Shown piece after piece: positions 26,601 through 29,600 of a stretch of DNA of 45,827 nucleotides. The stretch's first letter is position 1. Every line of letters starts with the position of its first letter. Both the position numbers and the translations under genes were made by a program. The DNA is from an uncultured Acidimicrobiales bacterium (GTDB lineage Bacteria > Actinomycetota > Acidimicrobiia > Acidimicrobiales > Hopanoidiivorantaceae): positions 1-45,827 of the forward strand of contig CAZERQ010000004.1 in the NCBI GenBank assembly GCA_964514465.1. Direction: 5' to 3'. The notes under the pieces were generated by a model. It searched no databases. It saw only the letters and a program-made list of their open reading frames with translations, and was not told the DNA's origin.

Positions 26601-29600
26601 CAAAATTCGGGTTTGGAATGCCACCGCCGCCCACATAGGCTGCAGGCTGGTTCACCAACCTGGGTGCGGTGCCCGTTACCATGCCGTCTGGCTGGACGGT
26701 ATAGGTGGCCGACTTGGGATTGCCGCAGAGTGGCCAGTTCCTTCTCCAGTCTGGCACCGCTGGCGCGGGCGCGAACTGCACCTCAAAAGTGGTGCCGACA
26801 TAATCAGTCCCATCTCCAGGCAGCTCAATAACCAAATTGGGCGTGAAATAAGACGCGGCCAAGTCTTCTTCCAGGGGAACATACCTGGGGAGCACCCGCT
26901 CTTCACCGCCACGCGTCCGCCAGAAATAAATTGCGGAAGCGGTCGTGTCTGCGTCTATCCACCTGATTGGTCCTTGCTGTGGTTCGTCCAGCAGGTTGAG
27001 TCGCTCCTGGAAACTTCCGGTTGTGGAATCATCAAGTTGGCTTCCGGTATCATTCGGCCACCACACAGCATAGGAGCACCTGACCCGCCGGGTCTGCAAC
27101 TCAGCAAAAGTGCTTATGTCGTTGGGGACTTGGCCTGCTTCAAGGTTCTCCGGGCTAATGGGAATTATGTGATATGTGGCCCAATCCACCATCGTCGGGC
27201 CTTCACCAGTCACCGAGCCGTCGGGCTGGACTGTGTAGGTGGCCGAATAGGGAGGATTGGGTGGGGGATTAACCAGGTTGCCGCTGTCTGTCAGGAAGCG
27301 GCGGGTGGTTGAGGGAATGTTCCCTGACCAGCAAGCAGCATGATAGCGTTCGCCGGGCGTGGGCCAGAACTGCAACTCAAATGTCGCACCGGCATAGTCG
27401 TTGCTGCCGTCGCCGTCTTCGTCAACTTGGGGCACAATAATGTTCACACGTGGTGTGAACGTGGTTGTGAGAGGGATATAGGAGGCTGTGGCATCCTTTT
27501 GGGCATTGCTGACGACAGCATAGGGCACGGTGTTGGGCGCCAGAGCTCTCAACGCCTCAGCCTTGGTCGAAAAGTTCAGAAAGTCGTCCGTTGCTGGCGT
27601 GGCGAAATTCGGTATTCTCACGTCGTAATTCGGCAACCTTGCGAAGATCTGAGCAGCCGCTTCAATTGTTTCTAGCTCGGTTGCGGTGTCTGAGTTGAGG
27701 GTGTTCAATATAGCCTCAGCCTCTGACTGCGACAATTGATCATTTATCTCCATGATCTGCGCTGCGGTCAGGCTATTCAAACTGGTGTCTCCTGCAGCAC
27801 TTTGGCCATTAATTTGACCAAGCGATAGCACACCTGACCCTTCTGGCCACTGCACCCGATAGGAGCACGGGGCAACCTGCACGGGAGGATCGTCTGCTGA
27901 ACCGCCGCCAACATAGGCTCCCTGAACCTGATCCACCAAAAGATCGGTTACACTGGCTTGATCCTCAGGCACAACAGAGCCATCATCTCGCACTATGTAG
28001 GTTGCAGTGTAGGGCTGGGTGCCGAACGGCCTGGGAGTGTTCTGATTGTTGAAAGTCGCTGAATTTCTGGCTTCCAAATACGCCGCAACCCTAGGATCTT
28101 CGGGGTTGTTGCAATCAAAGACGGAATTGCGCTCAGGATAGAATGCAACCGTGAAAGTGGAGCCGGCATAGTCGTTCACACTGTCTCCATCCAGGTCATC
28201 AGGTGGCACAGTGATCACCACATTCGGGGTGAACCTGGTTGACTCCGGCCTTTCAGGATAAACTGGCTCAGGGGTGGGGCCGTCAGCTGACTCAAAATAG
28301 ATTGCACGGGCGGTGCTGGGGTGATCGCTGTCTTCGTCGTCGCCATCTATCTTGGTGGTGGAGGGGAACAGATCACTGAAGTCGGTGAAACCAATGGAAC
28401 GGAAGCCATCCGGCTGTAATACGCTTTCTTCAGCATCAAATGCTGCTTGGGTCGGTAATGCGTCAGCAGAGGCCGGGCGCAGATAGCCACCGCCGCTGAG
28501 CGGAACCAACGGCCAGATGACGTCATAGACACAGGGCGCAGCCCGCAGATATCTGGGATTGCCGGGAGACAGCGGCTGGCTCGAGTCGTAAGTGGGGTTT
28601 GGAAGGTCCTTGTCATAGGCATCTGCCTGATTGACCAGCCTGGGTGCTGTGCCGGTCACGGAGCCGTCAGGTTGCACGGTATATTCGGCTTCATGGTAGT
28701 AATATGTGATAGGCCTGTCTACCTCATTGAAATGCTCCTCGAGCAACTCCACAACTCGCGCATTATAATCCGCACCCGCAGTCAAACCCTCAGAAGTTGC
28801 GGTTGCCTCAGCTGCTGCGATCACCACCTCTCTTTCACGGCCGCAATCGATGGCGGAGCCACGCTGAGGTATGAACCTGACTGTGAAGGTTTCGCCGGCA
28901 TATCTGCTGGCAACGGACGGGCCCAGCTTGATGTCAATGGTCGGGGTGAAATAGGTCGGGAGTGCCTCGCCAATAACTCCTTCTCGCACGAGAATTTCCC
29001 CAAGGATGGTCTCGAAGTTGCAAATATCCACCGGGCGGTCTTGCAGGAACTTGCCCTGGACTTGGCCGCCGGTTCCGCTTCTTGTCGAGGGCGTCTGCTC
29101 TGGGGAGGTATAGTCACGGTTTGCGGTGTCATCAAATGCCAGGCCTCTGTTGACGGTGGCACCCACCGTGTTTGTGAAGAAGGTTTCAACGTCCAAGGTC
29201 AGTTCGCCGACACAAGGATTGGGCACAACTATCTCGCCCGGGCTGGTTGCGCTTACAATTCCCTCGTTCCCCGGATTTTCGGCACGCACGGCAGCCAAAG
29301 CCGCATCAAGCTCGCCCTCGTTAATCGGCCAGATCACATCGTATTCGCACTTGGGCGCCAGCTGGCGTGGTCCAACGTAGGTGTTGGGCTGGTTGGGCAA
29401 CCTGGGGGCTTCGCCCGTTACGGTGCCGTCATCTTGCACTGTATATATTGCAGAATGGGCCGGAACTGCATTAGGATTGTCGCGGGTGTTGACTGGTTGC
29501 CGGGGGGCAGCATCGGTGTTGCCTGTGTTGTCGTTCTCAGTCGCCCAGGCTTCGGCCTCAATCAGCCAGGCTGACACAACATCAAACGTGTTACACATAA

